This document shows positions 23,786 through 35,523 of a stretch of DNA of 62,046 nucleotides, piece after piece. Both the position numbers and the translations under genes were made by a program. The DNA is taken from contig DF237482.1 in the NCBI GenBank assembly GCA_000708835.1, forward strand, positions 1 to 62,046, written 5' to 3'. Origin of the DNA: Klebsormidium nitens (lineage: Eukaryota > Plantae > Klebsormidiophyceae). How positions within the stretch are numbered: the stretch's first letter is position 1; each line of letters starts with the position of its first letter. A model generated the notes under the pieces. It saw only the letters and a list, made by a program, of their open reading frames with translations. It had not been told where the DNA came from and made no database searches.

Positions 23786-26700
23786 TCAAGATGATGCTCG
23801 GCTGGCCTCTATATCTTGGAACTTCTTCTCTACCTCCGCTCGCTTCTCATCCTTTCTCTTCTTGTTCGTACTGCTCGTCTTGCATTTCCCGCACTCCGAG
23901 CACCTCTCCTGTGTACCCTCGCGAGTGCTATGGACAGAGAAATGGGTATAGCCCTCACCCCTCCGTATAACGGACTTGCAAAGAAAGCAGAAACTCGTAC
24001 GACAATTTCCACAATGCACCTTGTTACAGCCGTTGTTCTTGTCCACTTCCACCCCGCACTCAGGGCAGCTGGACAGCACCGCCGCAGTCAGCGCCTCCTC
24101 CCGCTGAAGCCGCAGCTCGTCTTCTTCGGTCCTTGAACCGCTGCTTCTGTCTGGCCCCCGACTCATGTCGCCACTGCCCCAAACCGCTTCGGAAGCACAA
24201 CTCTGCCCCTGAGCGCCCCCTTCCGCCCGTCTACTCCTCCTCGCCACCTTTTCGACTTTCTCAGCACCAGCAAACCTCTTTCCGATCGAAGCCTTGCATG
24301 CGTTCGACTTCAGGCTTCTCTTCGTCTGGGTGGCTTGTCCCGCTTGAGCATCGGCAATCCTCTCGCTCGTCCCCTCTTCGGCTCCTGCTTGTGCTGCGCA
24401 CTTATGGCCCTGCTTCCATATCTGCTTGCAGCGGATGCACGTGCTCTTACAGAAGTGCTTTAGGATTGGATCCGTAGAGATGATAGTCGCCCTCGTGCCT
24501 ACTCGCCACCACTCTTTGCAGCTGGGACACAACACATTCTTTGTTAACTTCCTCTTGTCTTTTTCCAAAGGGTAATCTTGATTGAAGCACTTGAGCCTCA
24601 ACTTTTCGTAGAGGGGCTCAGGCAGTAAGGCCTGCAGGACTTCGAGTGAGAGGGCTTTGGGGCACTCGCTCTCCGAAAGCGCAAAGCATTGTAGGCCCCA
24701 CGCCGCGTCGCTCTCTTTGTCAAAGACTATTCCGTTGGCGCGCTTGATGATGCAGTTGATGCAGAGGCGGTGGCCGGCTTCGCAGTGCAGCGAAGAGAAG
24801 TGGGTGACCGACCCATAGCAACATCTGCAAACGAAGTTTGAGAAAAGTTAGTTGAGCATGAAGTCTATTGAACAACTGTGCCAGGCGCTAGCGGGATAGG
24901 GTACGCAGGTTGCCGCTCTAGCCAGACCCCCGTTGGTTTTCTAACGACGAAAAAAGCTGTTCCGATTACCATTCTGTCTTGCTTAACGAAGACTGCCTTC
25001 AGAACCAGCAACTTCGAGCTTGATCTGTCGGTCATTCGATCCTCATTAGCCCTTCTCTAGATCTGAGCTGGTCATCAAAAATGGTGTCAGATGGACTTCG
25101 ATTTCACAGGTGGCCACGTTAAGTCCAAGCGAGGAGATGGATAACGGCCTCTCTTAGAATCGAGCGACCAACAATAGGCCACATCTCATGAGTCAAGTTT
25201 TCCAGATTCAGTTCCAAGTCAGTGTCTCAATACCGTCTACTCATTGGTTCCCCGATCGGCTGAGCAGGCAGGACACTATGAACTCACCCGCACTCAAGTG
25301 GCTGCACTTTTGGGCCCATCCAGGTCGATGACATTGACTGGAGCAATTGAAGTGGCCCCAGAAGAGCCCCCACCGTCCGCACCCGCTTCTCGCTTGATGC
25401 GCACGGGCTCACCAACGCAGGCTTCCTTCTGCAGATGAGATGATTTGCCTACTTATAGAATTCATTTGGGCCAAGTGAGACGAGTTGGGTGACGCACTTG
25501 GTTTTGCTGTATGAGTATGACAGGATGTCTAACAGGCACTGAGGTATTACTATCTTCAAGCATCTCAAAGTCTTCTTGACAGGAAGGAGAGCAGTCCAGG
25601 CCCAGGCAGCAGCAGTATGTTCAATCAGCCAACAAGACGCATATTAATTGGTGGCAGCAAGCAGAGCGCCGCTTAGCGGAATGGCCTGCCAAACTAAGCA
25701 GGCATTCTCTACCAGCATCAATCACTCGTCCGAGCTCAGAAATCCTAGTTGAAGGCTCAAAATGACCTCTAGGTTACTTTGATAAGGCATCATTCTGTCA
25801 ACCCTCTCTTTTCAATTATCGCTGGGTAGAATGCTAGCCACTGGAGATCTCCAAGCAAAGCCTCTGAGTTGAAAAGATGTTTACGCTTGTGAGTCCGATT
25901 CAGAAAAAGCACAGGTACTTTGTTGAAGATCCTAGACTTCCCCCGAAGAAGCTTGGACATAATGCAAGTGATGGGGCTTGTAAACCAGACTTCATCCTGT
26001 TCTGAGAGAATAGGGCCCGCTGTACAGGAGTTTCCTGTGGGCTGAATCGCAATTGACAATGGAAAATGCTTGAAGCTTCAACGCCCCAATCTGTGGGGCA
26101 TATTCAATTGTCAGTGAAGAGCGGACAGCCTGCTCCCTGCAAAGTCTGTATCCTGTTGCAATCTCACCTTGACGGAGTGTCTGCGTGCTTCAAGTCCCAC
26201 TGCGCCATTGTTCAGATTTGCAGACGAGGCACGGCGAACTCCTGTCAAGTTTTCTGAATCTTTTAGATTCAAGCCCCTTCTTGACCCCCACTGTTTCCTT
26301 CTCGCTCCCCTCGCTCGTTCCGCCCTCTCATCTGGTTCAGTTTTGATGGGAGTTTGAGCCCAAGACTTGGTGTCCTGGTTTGTCGCGCCACATCTGGGTC
26401 AACTGATTGGACCTCCTCTACCTTGCATGCTACTCTAGCAGGACACATTAGGCCTGGGTTTGTGTTCTCAGTCACTAACGCTTCCTTCTTGGCCTTGCCT
26501 TCCCCTCCAGCTTGCTGACTTTTTATCTCCTTCTGCTTGGAGTCGCTTGCCCCCTCCTCAGAGGCCCTCTTTCGCTTGAAGGCCTGCAAGGACAGGCTTC
26601 AGGATTGGTTTGAAAAGTAGTCTGTATATGCTAGAATTGAAAAGGTTCGGGGTGACGGATGGCCCTAGAAAAGAGGTCACACTGTCCAGGATCACCTAGG

Positions 26701-27047
26701 TGCTGTCAGAGATGTCAAAACGACCGCCAGAATGATATCTAAAGGAGCAGCATTGTTTGATAGGGCCAGTTCCACTAAATGTCGCCAGCACTGCCCGCAA
26801 GCATGAGATAGTCCGCTTATTGGCATCGTGCGTTAAGCTCACTTCAGAGTTCCCACTTTCTTGACGGAGTTCCCACTTTCAAATTGAGTATCATGCCAGC
26901 GAAGGTTATTCGTGTGCTCACCTTTCTGAAACAGTCGTCCCTTGCATACAATGCAGCGACTGACATCGTTCGGAGTGGAGTTTCGTCATCAGAGTCTGCT
27001 GAAAAGTGAATTGCTCGCTGGGCAAATGGGACTGCACAGGAAGCCAT
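23786..27047 (-). CDS. RBR (RING1-IBR-RING2) E3 ubiquitin ligase, RNF216/TRIAD3-like; 5' part uncertain or frameshifted
   Basis: Terminal exon 24824-23786 encodes CCYG..CEAGHRLCINC..C..C (RING1, first Cys from the upstream exon ending LECG|gtgagt at ~25288), an IBR-like CPSC..C..TCIRC..H.C, and RING2 CPECG..KNNGCNKVHCGNC..FCFLC..GYTHF. Candidate 5' exons 27047-26922, from 26583, and ~25430-25288. The middle exons could not be fully phased. Confidence 0.75.
26847..26880. repeat. 14-bp direct repeat (gagttcccactttc x2, 6-nt spacer) in intron
   Basis: gagttcccactttc ttgacg gagttcccactttc. Confidence 0.85.
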
Positions 27048-27572
27048 TGCTCTACATTCCAAGCCGCTCCCCCCGGGCCCTAGTAGTGCTACCTGCACCT
27101 AGCCACCATCTGGCATCCCAACTCTGCCCGATTCTGCAAGGCAGCATTGCGCAGCAGATCTCATTGCAGCCAGATTGTCAAGCTGTGTCAAGTTATCGTG
27201 TATCATGATACAATCCATGTACTTTGACACCAATTTGACTCCCAAGATCTGGACTCTGCTTGATTATTGATAGAGAGAGCCACCACACAAGCTGGGGACT
27301 TGCAAACGCAGCATGGTGAAAACAACAAATGACGCTTCCCTTGAACTTGAAGGGCTTGTTTGAGGGTGAGAGCGCTTCCTTTGTTACATAGGACGGGGAA
27401 AATAGGTTGGAGACACGTTGAAGGGTGGTAAAGTCGAGGACTTGCCATCGTGCACTACGTGCCTAGTCCCTGTCGCTGGAGGCCAGCACATTGTAGCCGT
27501 TTGTCACATCAGGGTGATTGCGGTCGCTGGGGCCAACAAAAGATTTTGCGAGCTGCCATTCTATGCAGAGGA

Positions 27573-30500
27573 ATGGACATTCCTAGAAGAGCCTCGTTGC
27601 GCAGTGTACAGATCCCAGGATTCATTGCGGAGTCTGTGTGGGGTAGCGAGCTTAGCCGGCATGGTGATGCTGATTGCCACTTTGTCCTTGGGGATGAAAC
27701 GCACATCTCGTCGGCTTCTGACGCAGTGCCGAGCAACTTTCAATTGATTGGAGGACACTTCGCAGTGACCTCACTCAAGGAGCATCTCCAACAAGGCGTG
27801 AGCCAATTGGTTTCGTCTCTGGGAGGATCAAGATCTCGTGGCAGCAGCGAAGATGGTGTTGGCACTTGGAGCTCTCAGTCAGACACTGTCCTGGTGGCCC
27901 AGACCGGCACATCACCACCGCTGAGTTTTGCTAGCATCACATCCGCCGCCGTTAATCTGAGAGACCGGCTTCATAACCGCAGAACAGAAGACAGCCATCA
28001 GGTTCACCGTCGTAGTCGGCGAAAGACCAAGAAACAGGTCCGTTGTGGCCACTGCACACAATCCAAGGGTCTGTCGTCCCCGTCCAGTTCAGAGAATACC
28101 TGCACTTGTGCAGCACCTATCTCTTTCGTCTCCACAGCTGTGGGCCAAGTTGAGAAGAAGGCAGTCACACGGCCGTCTTGGGAACAACTCCTGGCCCACC
28201 CCATTGCTGCCCTGGCCTTCGTACCAAAGGATACCAGCCTTTTCGTTGCTGGCGCTCTTGCTGGTGCAACCGCAAAGACAATTACGGCGCCATTGGACAG
28301 GTTGAAGCTTCTGTTGCAGGTGCGTTGACAGATTTGATCGTAGGCTACATCTGCTGATTCTGCTTTCTGGATTTGACAGCCCTTATGCTGGTGATCGCAT
28401 CTGCATGTCGGTCACATGACTGACCGCAGAAGATTTCTTATGATGTATGATGCAGTTGGTCAGGTTCCAGAATACAGCTATCCACGAGTGTTGATGCCAA
28501 GCTTAGCAAGACCAGCATGGACGTCACATAGAAGCCTATCTGAAGACGGGTCATGTAAGACAACCTTCTATCTTGATCATTTACTTGACACTTTGGTTAC
28601 AATCTGCAGGTACAAGATGTCAACAGAAAAGCGGGAGCGGCAGCTGTTACTCTTTCTGGGGTAAGCAATTTGCGAATGCCGGGTCATCCAATCAATCTGA
28701 TACTGATGGCAGAGAAGCATGAGAGAATCAGAACGTGATGCTACATATCAATGATTGTTGACAGCAATAGAAGCTCATGGAGTTGAAGGCTTTGTGGACA
28801 AGTTTCAGACACTGGTTGTTAGCCTTTCATTTGCAGGTCATTGGGTAGACTCTTACTATGACATCCACAGTTGCACATTGCTGAGACGCTGAAGTATTGC
28901 CATCTTGCAGGCTGTTGCAAAGATCTTCAAAGAAGAAGGCGTTCTAGGTTTCTGGAAGGGCAATGTGCCACAGGTAAACGGCCTGATCGATTTCTACTGT
29001 CTGTCCGCTGAATGCGTATTTTACCAGCCTAGCACTTGGGCGACAGTTTTCCTTTTGACTCGTGGCCATCCGATCTTACTTTCTGCAAGGTGCACCTTGT
29101 ACTGTTTTCCAGTGTCCCCTGAGACTGGTTCTGCAGAGAGGGCAAGCTTCCCATATCCTTGCAGTGTTTGTTGTGAGCCTTGGCTGGACTTGTTTTGAAT
29201 CTTTCTCGTCCTCCCCTGCAACAATTCTGTTCCTCCATGTACAGGTCGTGAGGATTCTTCCATACAGTGCCGTACAGCTTTTCAGCTACGAGTTCTTCAA
29301 GGTAAATATTGATACCTGTGCATCCTTCTTTTAGTATATCATATCAACTTGGAGATCTCCTCGATAACGCCGTTCATCCTAAAGCTTTCCTCCTTGTGGC
29401 AAAGGTGTGTATCTCTTGGTTGGCCAGTTCCATCCGTTTCAGGAAGCAGAGTAGTCTCGACGAGCAGCCCTAGCTTTAGACCAATGAAAGCGTCCACTGG
29501 CCTCAGTCCTTCCCTTTTTTGGCTCGGATTCACGCAAGAGTCAACGATTTCAAGTACTCACGTTGAGTCCTTCGCTTGCAGAAATGTTTCAAGGGCAAGA
29601 GGGACGAGCTGTCGGTGCCTGGAAGGCTTGCAGCGGGAGCTTGCGCAGGCATGACGTCGACTCTGGTGAGTTTGAACGATCTCAAAGATGCAACTACTGC
29701 AGGTTCGGTCAAACCTGGCCGCCTGACCCAAGTCCGAATCTAGCCAGTCGCAGAGCTTTTCCAGAGCCGCAGAACTTGGGCCGTTCGATAAGAGTCTTAA
29801 GAGTCATCGCAGGGTCCAATTCTGCGCAGCGGGCACAGTCTTGCGTTCCACTCAGATAGGACCCTGGTCTGGCGGCCAGGTTCAACCCGATGTGCAGTAT
29901 GGTCTATCTGGGAGTCTCGCTTTGAACAACTGGTGTTCTTGCTGATGTCTAATCTTCGTCAATCTCTTTGTTTTCTTGCTTGGACCAACGGTGTCTTTCA
30001 TTGGTAGAGTAACTTCCATTTGCACTAGCACAAGACTCTCACTACGAAAGTCTTGTCCCATCCCTTCTCCTCGCTCAGTTCCGGCAAAATTGACTCCGCT
30101 TCTTGCAGATAACTTTCCCTCTCGACACACTGAGGTTCAAGATGGCCGTCGAGCCAGAGATGCGCACGATGTCGCAGGTAATTGCTTCGACGCTTCTCCA
30201 GGATTTCTGCATCCGTGTCTTCCGGGGCCCTCTTTTTCTCATGATCACAGGAGTTTTCGTACTTTTTGGTCGTTTAGACGCTCATCTATCCGCCAACAAG
30301 AGAGCCTTCAACAATGTCGACGTCGCACCTTCTGCTGATTGTAACCTGCTCCGAACGTGTCTTGCGGTGCCTGATCTTTTGCAGAAAGATTTCGGTCGTC
30401 GGTCGAAAGTGGTTGATCGACTGTTGCGAGCATGCTATTGAAGAAGGCGCATGGACTTTTGGTGCCTGCCTTCGTAAGAATCGACTATATTCCTCACTTC

Positions 30501-32327
30501 GATATTGATTGCAGGCTGCAGTGACGCTATTCCGCAACGAGGGTCTCGCAGGCTATTACCGGGGCCTTGGCCCTGCGCTCCTGGGGATTGCTCCGTACAT
30601 CGCGATCAACTTCTGCGCCTACGACCTGTGAGCTTGACAAACGGCTTTTGCTCAAGACGTCTTCGCTCGGATGACAACGCAACGCTTGTTTAGAAACTTT
30701 TATATACACGCACGGATCGAGGCGCTTCTTGCTTTCCCATCGCTGCTGGAATTAAACGGGCATATCCCGGCACATCCTGAGATCACGAACCTTCACTAGG
30801 TTCCACTTTCTTGTGCGTTCAATTTTGCTGACGAGACTCGTTTGATATGGAGGAGGGGGCCAACGCACCTCCAAAACATGTCTCGACCTTTTACGGTGCT
30901 AATTCACTGCCTGAAGTCGTCTGAAAGTCACTGGCAGCTGCGAAATATTCAAATTCTTTCTCAAGGAAACATGGCAATCTATCTCATGCTGCAGAGTAAA
31001 GAAGGCGTTCAAATCGATCTAAACAAGGAAGCGTTCAATTTGACTGTTCGTCCGGCTCATACTGCAGGGTAAAGAAGGCGTTTCCCGAGGATCAGCAGCG
31101 GTCACCCCAGGTTTCGTTCGCGACCGCTGTCATCGCCACTTCTTTGGCGACAGTGACCTGCTACCCGCTCGACACGATCCGTCGGCAGATGCAAGTCAGG
31201 GGGTGCCAATACACCTCGTTGTTCGACGCGTTCCCTGGTAAGCGGCCCCAGAGCTCGCGCACTATCGGCGTAAAAGCTTCCATTGCCGGCCTGCAGCGTA
31301 TGGCACTCTTGATAGCGTCGGGCGTTTCTTTCCTTCTGCTTCAGTTTTTATGTCTCCCCCTGCGAACAACTGCTTTCGTTGGAGCTGCTCCCGGTAGTTG
31401 AGAACAACTCTCTCCGGAGAAGATTGTCAGGAAATGCGTTTTAATTTGCGAACCGTCTGGAGTACAACTTTCCTGACGTCGGTTCCGTGGTCATCAGTAC
31501 TCAAGACAGTCACTCCATCCGCACGCTTTCCGGTTGTCGAAAAAGGTGTTGGTCGTTCGCTCTGCGAGGGCCACCTTCGCGACCGTGTTTCTGCTGCGTT
31601 AGTAAAGCTCAACGTGAAGCCTGATCGTTACGCTTGATTGTCCGTCTCAGGATCAGACCTCGAGACGCCTAGCCTCTCTCGAGTTGTGAAGCGCCCTGAG
31701 GATTTCACGCCTGCGTCAAACCTTTGATCCTGTTCGTCGCGTGATTCTTCTGAGTTATAACCGGAAATGTGAGGACAAGGGACCAGACTCGTGGGTCCTC
31801 CGCATCCTAGCATCAGGCAACTGGCCTTCTAATGGTCTGGGGATTTTAGTCTCGACACTATCCAACAATTTCAGCGGGACTTTCTGACGAGCGGTTCTTC
31901 CCTACAGCTATTATCGCGAAGTCTGGAGTCCTTGGACTGTACCGGGGCTTCTTCATCAACGCTCTGAAGAACCTGCCGACAAGCAGGTAAGCGTGGCAGG
32001 GGCCGTTTACACCCGTAGGGCTGCAATGGATGCTTCAATACCTCACTGCGAGTTGCAATTTTCAGCGGCCTACGTTTCAGCTCAGGTTGTGACATTTCCC
32101 CGCAAAAATGGAAACCATCTTGCCGGTTTCCAGCTGATGGCATTGAACGGCAGAGCGGCACTACGGTCTTTGTTCGAAGAGAGTGCCTGCTGCCTAACAT
32201 TGATCTATTGAATTGTACGTCATGTTCTTGCAGCATCCGGCTTACCACGTATCAGTCGGCGAAGGAGGCGATTGCCAAAAGCCACGAAGAGTGGAACAGA
32301 TTGGTCGCCGAAGGCCAGAAGTCTTGA
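27573..32327 (+). CDS. TAAC: Mitochondrial carrier family, thylakoid/envelope ADP,ATP carrier (TAAC/EAAC-like), ~508 aa
   Basis: 10 exons: 27573-28319, 28610-28660, 28911-28973, 29245-29301, 29582-29665, 30109-30177, 30515-30627, 31068-31237, 31908-31986, 32234-32327. Three Px[DE]xx[KR] repeats (PLDRLK, PLDTLR, PLDTIRRQMQ); TAAC-like QLLAHPIAALAFVPKD and GFWKGNVPQVVRILPYSAVQLFSYE. Confidence 0.92.
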
Positions 32328-33993
32328 TGTAGAAGTTACATGTTGGCGGGTTGCTCGCCTCTGAAGAAACCAGGTAATACAGATAGGTACTTTGCACAGA
32401 AGGCCCGCATCCACCACTGGCCGTGCAGCACCTTCGAACCGAGTGAGCGGAGAGTCTCTCTGAAGCAGCTTTTCGATCTTGATTTGGGATGCGACATTGT
32501 GAAAGAACGGGTGATAATGCCTAGTCTGACGGGTTTTTGGGCGGAATCGGTCGGAGTATTGTTCAGGTTAAGTCAAAACAAGGGGGAGATTTCGTTATAG
32601 CATGTTCATCAAGGGATATTTCTTAACCACATCGTCACGACGTCAACGATGATGACTCAGAATAGACTTCGAATGCCGAACCTCAATTCTGAAATCTCCC
32701 CATGCAATCCCAGGCCAATGGTCAAACGTGCCTGAGAGTTGTAGTGGATGTATCCGACATCCGACCGGCGGTCAGTACTGAACGAGAGTTGACAGGGGGC
32801 CCGCCGTTATCTCAGTGTACGTATATGCATGCAGCCATTGACAGCTCGATCATCATACGATAAGTTCGCCGGCGCCTGCTCTAGCATTAATCCTAAGCCG
32901 CCCCAATCGAAAGGTACTTAGTAAGCTTGCATGGCGAACTTAACTACAGCTCCGATCAGGTATGCGTCGATAGCAGCGTTGCAATTACACGCATATGAAC
33001 ATGCACACGTGATCGATCCCATCCGGTTAGGGTTTACAAGGTCGTCGGATGAGCCGTAAACTGTATCAGTCGATCGTCGATTCTGACGTATACGCTGATC
33101 AGCTAGTGCATGTAAGCTATAATCTGGCTGCATGTATTGGTGGTCACTTGCTGTTATAAACCCTGAGCCATCGAGCAATACTCCGATGATACCGTCCGGA
33201 TACAATGAGTTAACTCCGCACCTTGCTACGGCTGCAAGTCATGTCCAATGTTCGTCACGCATTTAAATTCACTACGAAAGACAAGCTTAACAAGTTGCAC
33301 ACTGCAACCTACACATCATGCATATAGTATGGGCGAACTGCATGTATCCGACAATGATCAATGATACGAGTCGACTCGTGTATGCTATGCAAACGGCTAT
33401 ACAGCGGAACGGCGTTATGGCTTAAGTTATGCAGATCATGGAATTTGCGCTAGACTATATAGTGGTGGCATTACTGCTGCGGTTCCTCCTAATTGACGGT
33501 CCTTTTTATGAGCCTGGCGGTCCGGCGCAGATAATTAAACTTATCGAGATATCTTGCATTGCGTCGGGGCACATACGACCAGTCGGGTTGTCGTCGATCA
33601 TGCAAAGCTTAGTACAGAGGATCCCTCATAATATTATCGACTAGCTAGTACCAATAATGAAGATATGCATGATTAAGATCGATCAGTCTTTACTACTTCT
33701 CCCTCAACATATGTCGGAACAAATCGCGAGGGTTCAGGGGTCAGGATCTGCATGCTGGCACAGCTTCCGCGCAAGCGGACGGTGGATCATGACGGTTGAT
33801 GTTCACGACGTGCAGACACATATAAGATTTACTGTTATGGTAAAAACACCACTGCCACTTTTGCTGTTTACAAATTTTGGTAGATATGATAGCGGGCACT
33901 ATTGTTCGCAAAGCACACTCCCTTATTGACTTGACCTTTTCTATGTACAACAGGCAATATGCAGTTCATCTCGACTTTAACTTGTCTTGCGGG

Positions 33994-35000
33994 CTACTTG
34001 GCAATGCTCTTTGGCATATCAACTTCCTTCTGAAAGCCCTGCTGATATTCGGGATGCGCTGGCACATCCTGGGTTGGAATCACGGCTTTCTTCTTGATCC
34101 TGTACCGCTGCATCCGCGGCAGGACCTGGCTAGGCCCCATCCCAAACTGCCCGATGGTGTTCTCCACCGACGGACCATCATGGTAGATGTACCCAATCTG
34201 CGGAGGACATTTTGTGGCTTGTTAAGTAACGTATCGCGGCCTGCGACAGCCTTCCATTCAATGACTTTTCTACTCATCCATCGATTGGGAGAGGTGGGCT
34301 TTATTGTCCCTCAAATCCTAGTGGGTCATGGATCGGTTTCTTCTCTCATTCGGCAACAACTTTGTAAGACCGGCTGCGCATTCAAGAAAGACGATGCGTC
34401 CTGCTTCCGAGGAAGGAGAAACCCTCCATGGCAACTGCTCGTCCCCTGGATACGTCGTCTGATCCCCACCAGGAACTGCAAGATGCAATCTTCGATGTAT
34501 ACAGTTCACGACTCCTCTCTTCTATGCAGGCGAAATATGTCGATACCCCTCATTAATGCATCGAAGACTGCAGGGACGTTGTCCAATACAAAGATTGGTT
34601 GTACGCATGAAAACAACAGGTCTACTCACCTTCGAATTACACTGGGCGCAGAAGAGCGCCGTCCGCGTCCGCTGGATTCCCCAGGAATCGGCCGTCTCAA
34701 AGAACGGCCCGCACTTGCTCTCCTGCTTCTGTACGAAGCACCGCTCGTCGGCCACCTGGAACGACAGCGTTCCCTTGTTTCCCGCTGGAAAGTATTCCTT
34801 GGAATGGAACAGCCGGCTGGCATTCAGCCCGAGGTAGTGCCCGCACTTGATACAACTGCGGGGAACATATTGAGATTGTCAGCGCCCACATTGTCCTACA
34901 GAAGCAAAGTCGAGTGTCCACTCATGAAAGAGAAGCCTGACGTCAAAGCAGTGAAAGGCCAAAGCAGCTTGCAAGGGCTTACGCAGTGGACGGAGGCATC
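33994..35000 (-). CDS. At4g08330-like small Zn-binding (Yippee/Mis18-like) protein; first exon uncertain
   Basis: Exon 34855-34630 (CIKCGHYLGL..AGNKGTLSF..PFFETADSWGIQRTRTALFCAQC) and exon 34197-33994 (IGYIYHDGP..GQFGMGPSQVLPRMQRYRIK) match the remembered plant family pattern AGNKGTLSF/PFFET..WGIQR/GPSQV.PR..RYR. Putative first exon ends at ~34984 (donor gtaagc). Confidence 0.85.
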
Positions 35001-35523
35001 AGAACATCCGAAAGATCTTCAAAGATCGTTGTCGCTGCCGGTGACTAGTTTTGGCTGAGTCGCACAACGACTGGCTGCCACGACATGACGATGCACACAG
35101 TTTCTGAGGTGGACAACAGTATTGATTCAGAACTTGAATAGCTTTAAAGAGGGCGTCAGCGAATGCATCCGCAAAAGCACCAGATAAAGATGAGATGCAC
35201 TGTTCTCGCGCCCCAATTTGCACATGAAAATTGTTGGCAGCGACAGCAAAAGTGACCTTTCAGGTTTTAGGGACACAGCGACGGCCATGTGGGTGACCTT
35301 GAAATCCAACGCCCACTTTGACTTGGACATTTTGCAACGGACACGTGCGCCGCGAGGGCGAGTATCTTGCCGTCTAGGTGAATCAAAGGATGTTGACCCC
35401 ACATTTGAAGACAGCCAAAGACCAGACTGGCCTCACCTGAAATCGTTTTCAGGAGGACCCAGCCTCTCACTCGCATATCCTTTCTCCATCATAAACTGGG
35501 AGATCTATGGATCGAGATTCTGA

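Noticed and set aside
26847-26880. Direct repeat resembling an NF-kB site or a CRISPR repeat
   Set aside because: Only two 14-bp copies with a 6-nt spacer, in a eukaryotic intron; no array and no cas genes.
23420-33019. 18/20 match catgcac..gtgatcgatcc between 23420-23439 and 33000-33019
   Set aside because: It does not extend on either side, and both regions are rich in palindromic words, so chance is plausible.
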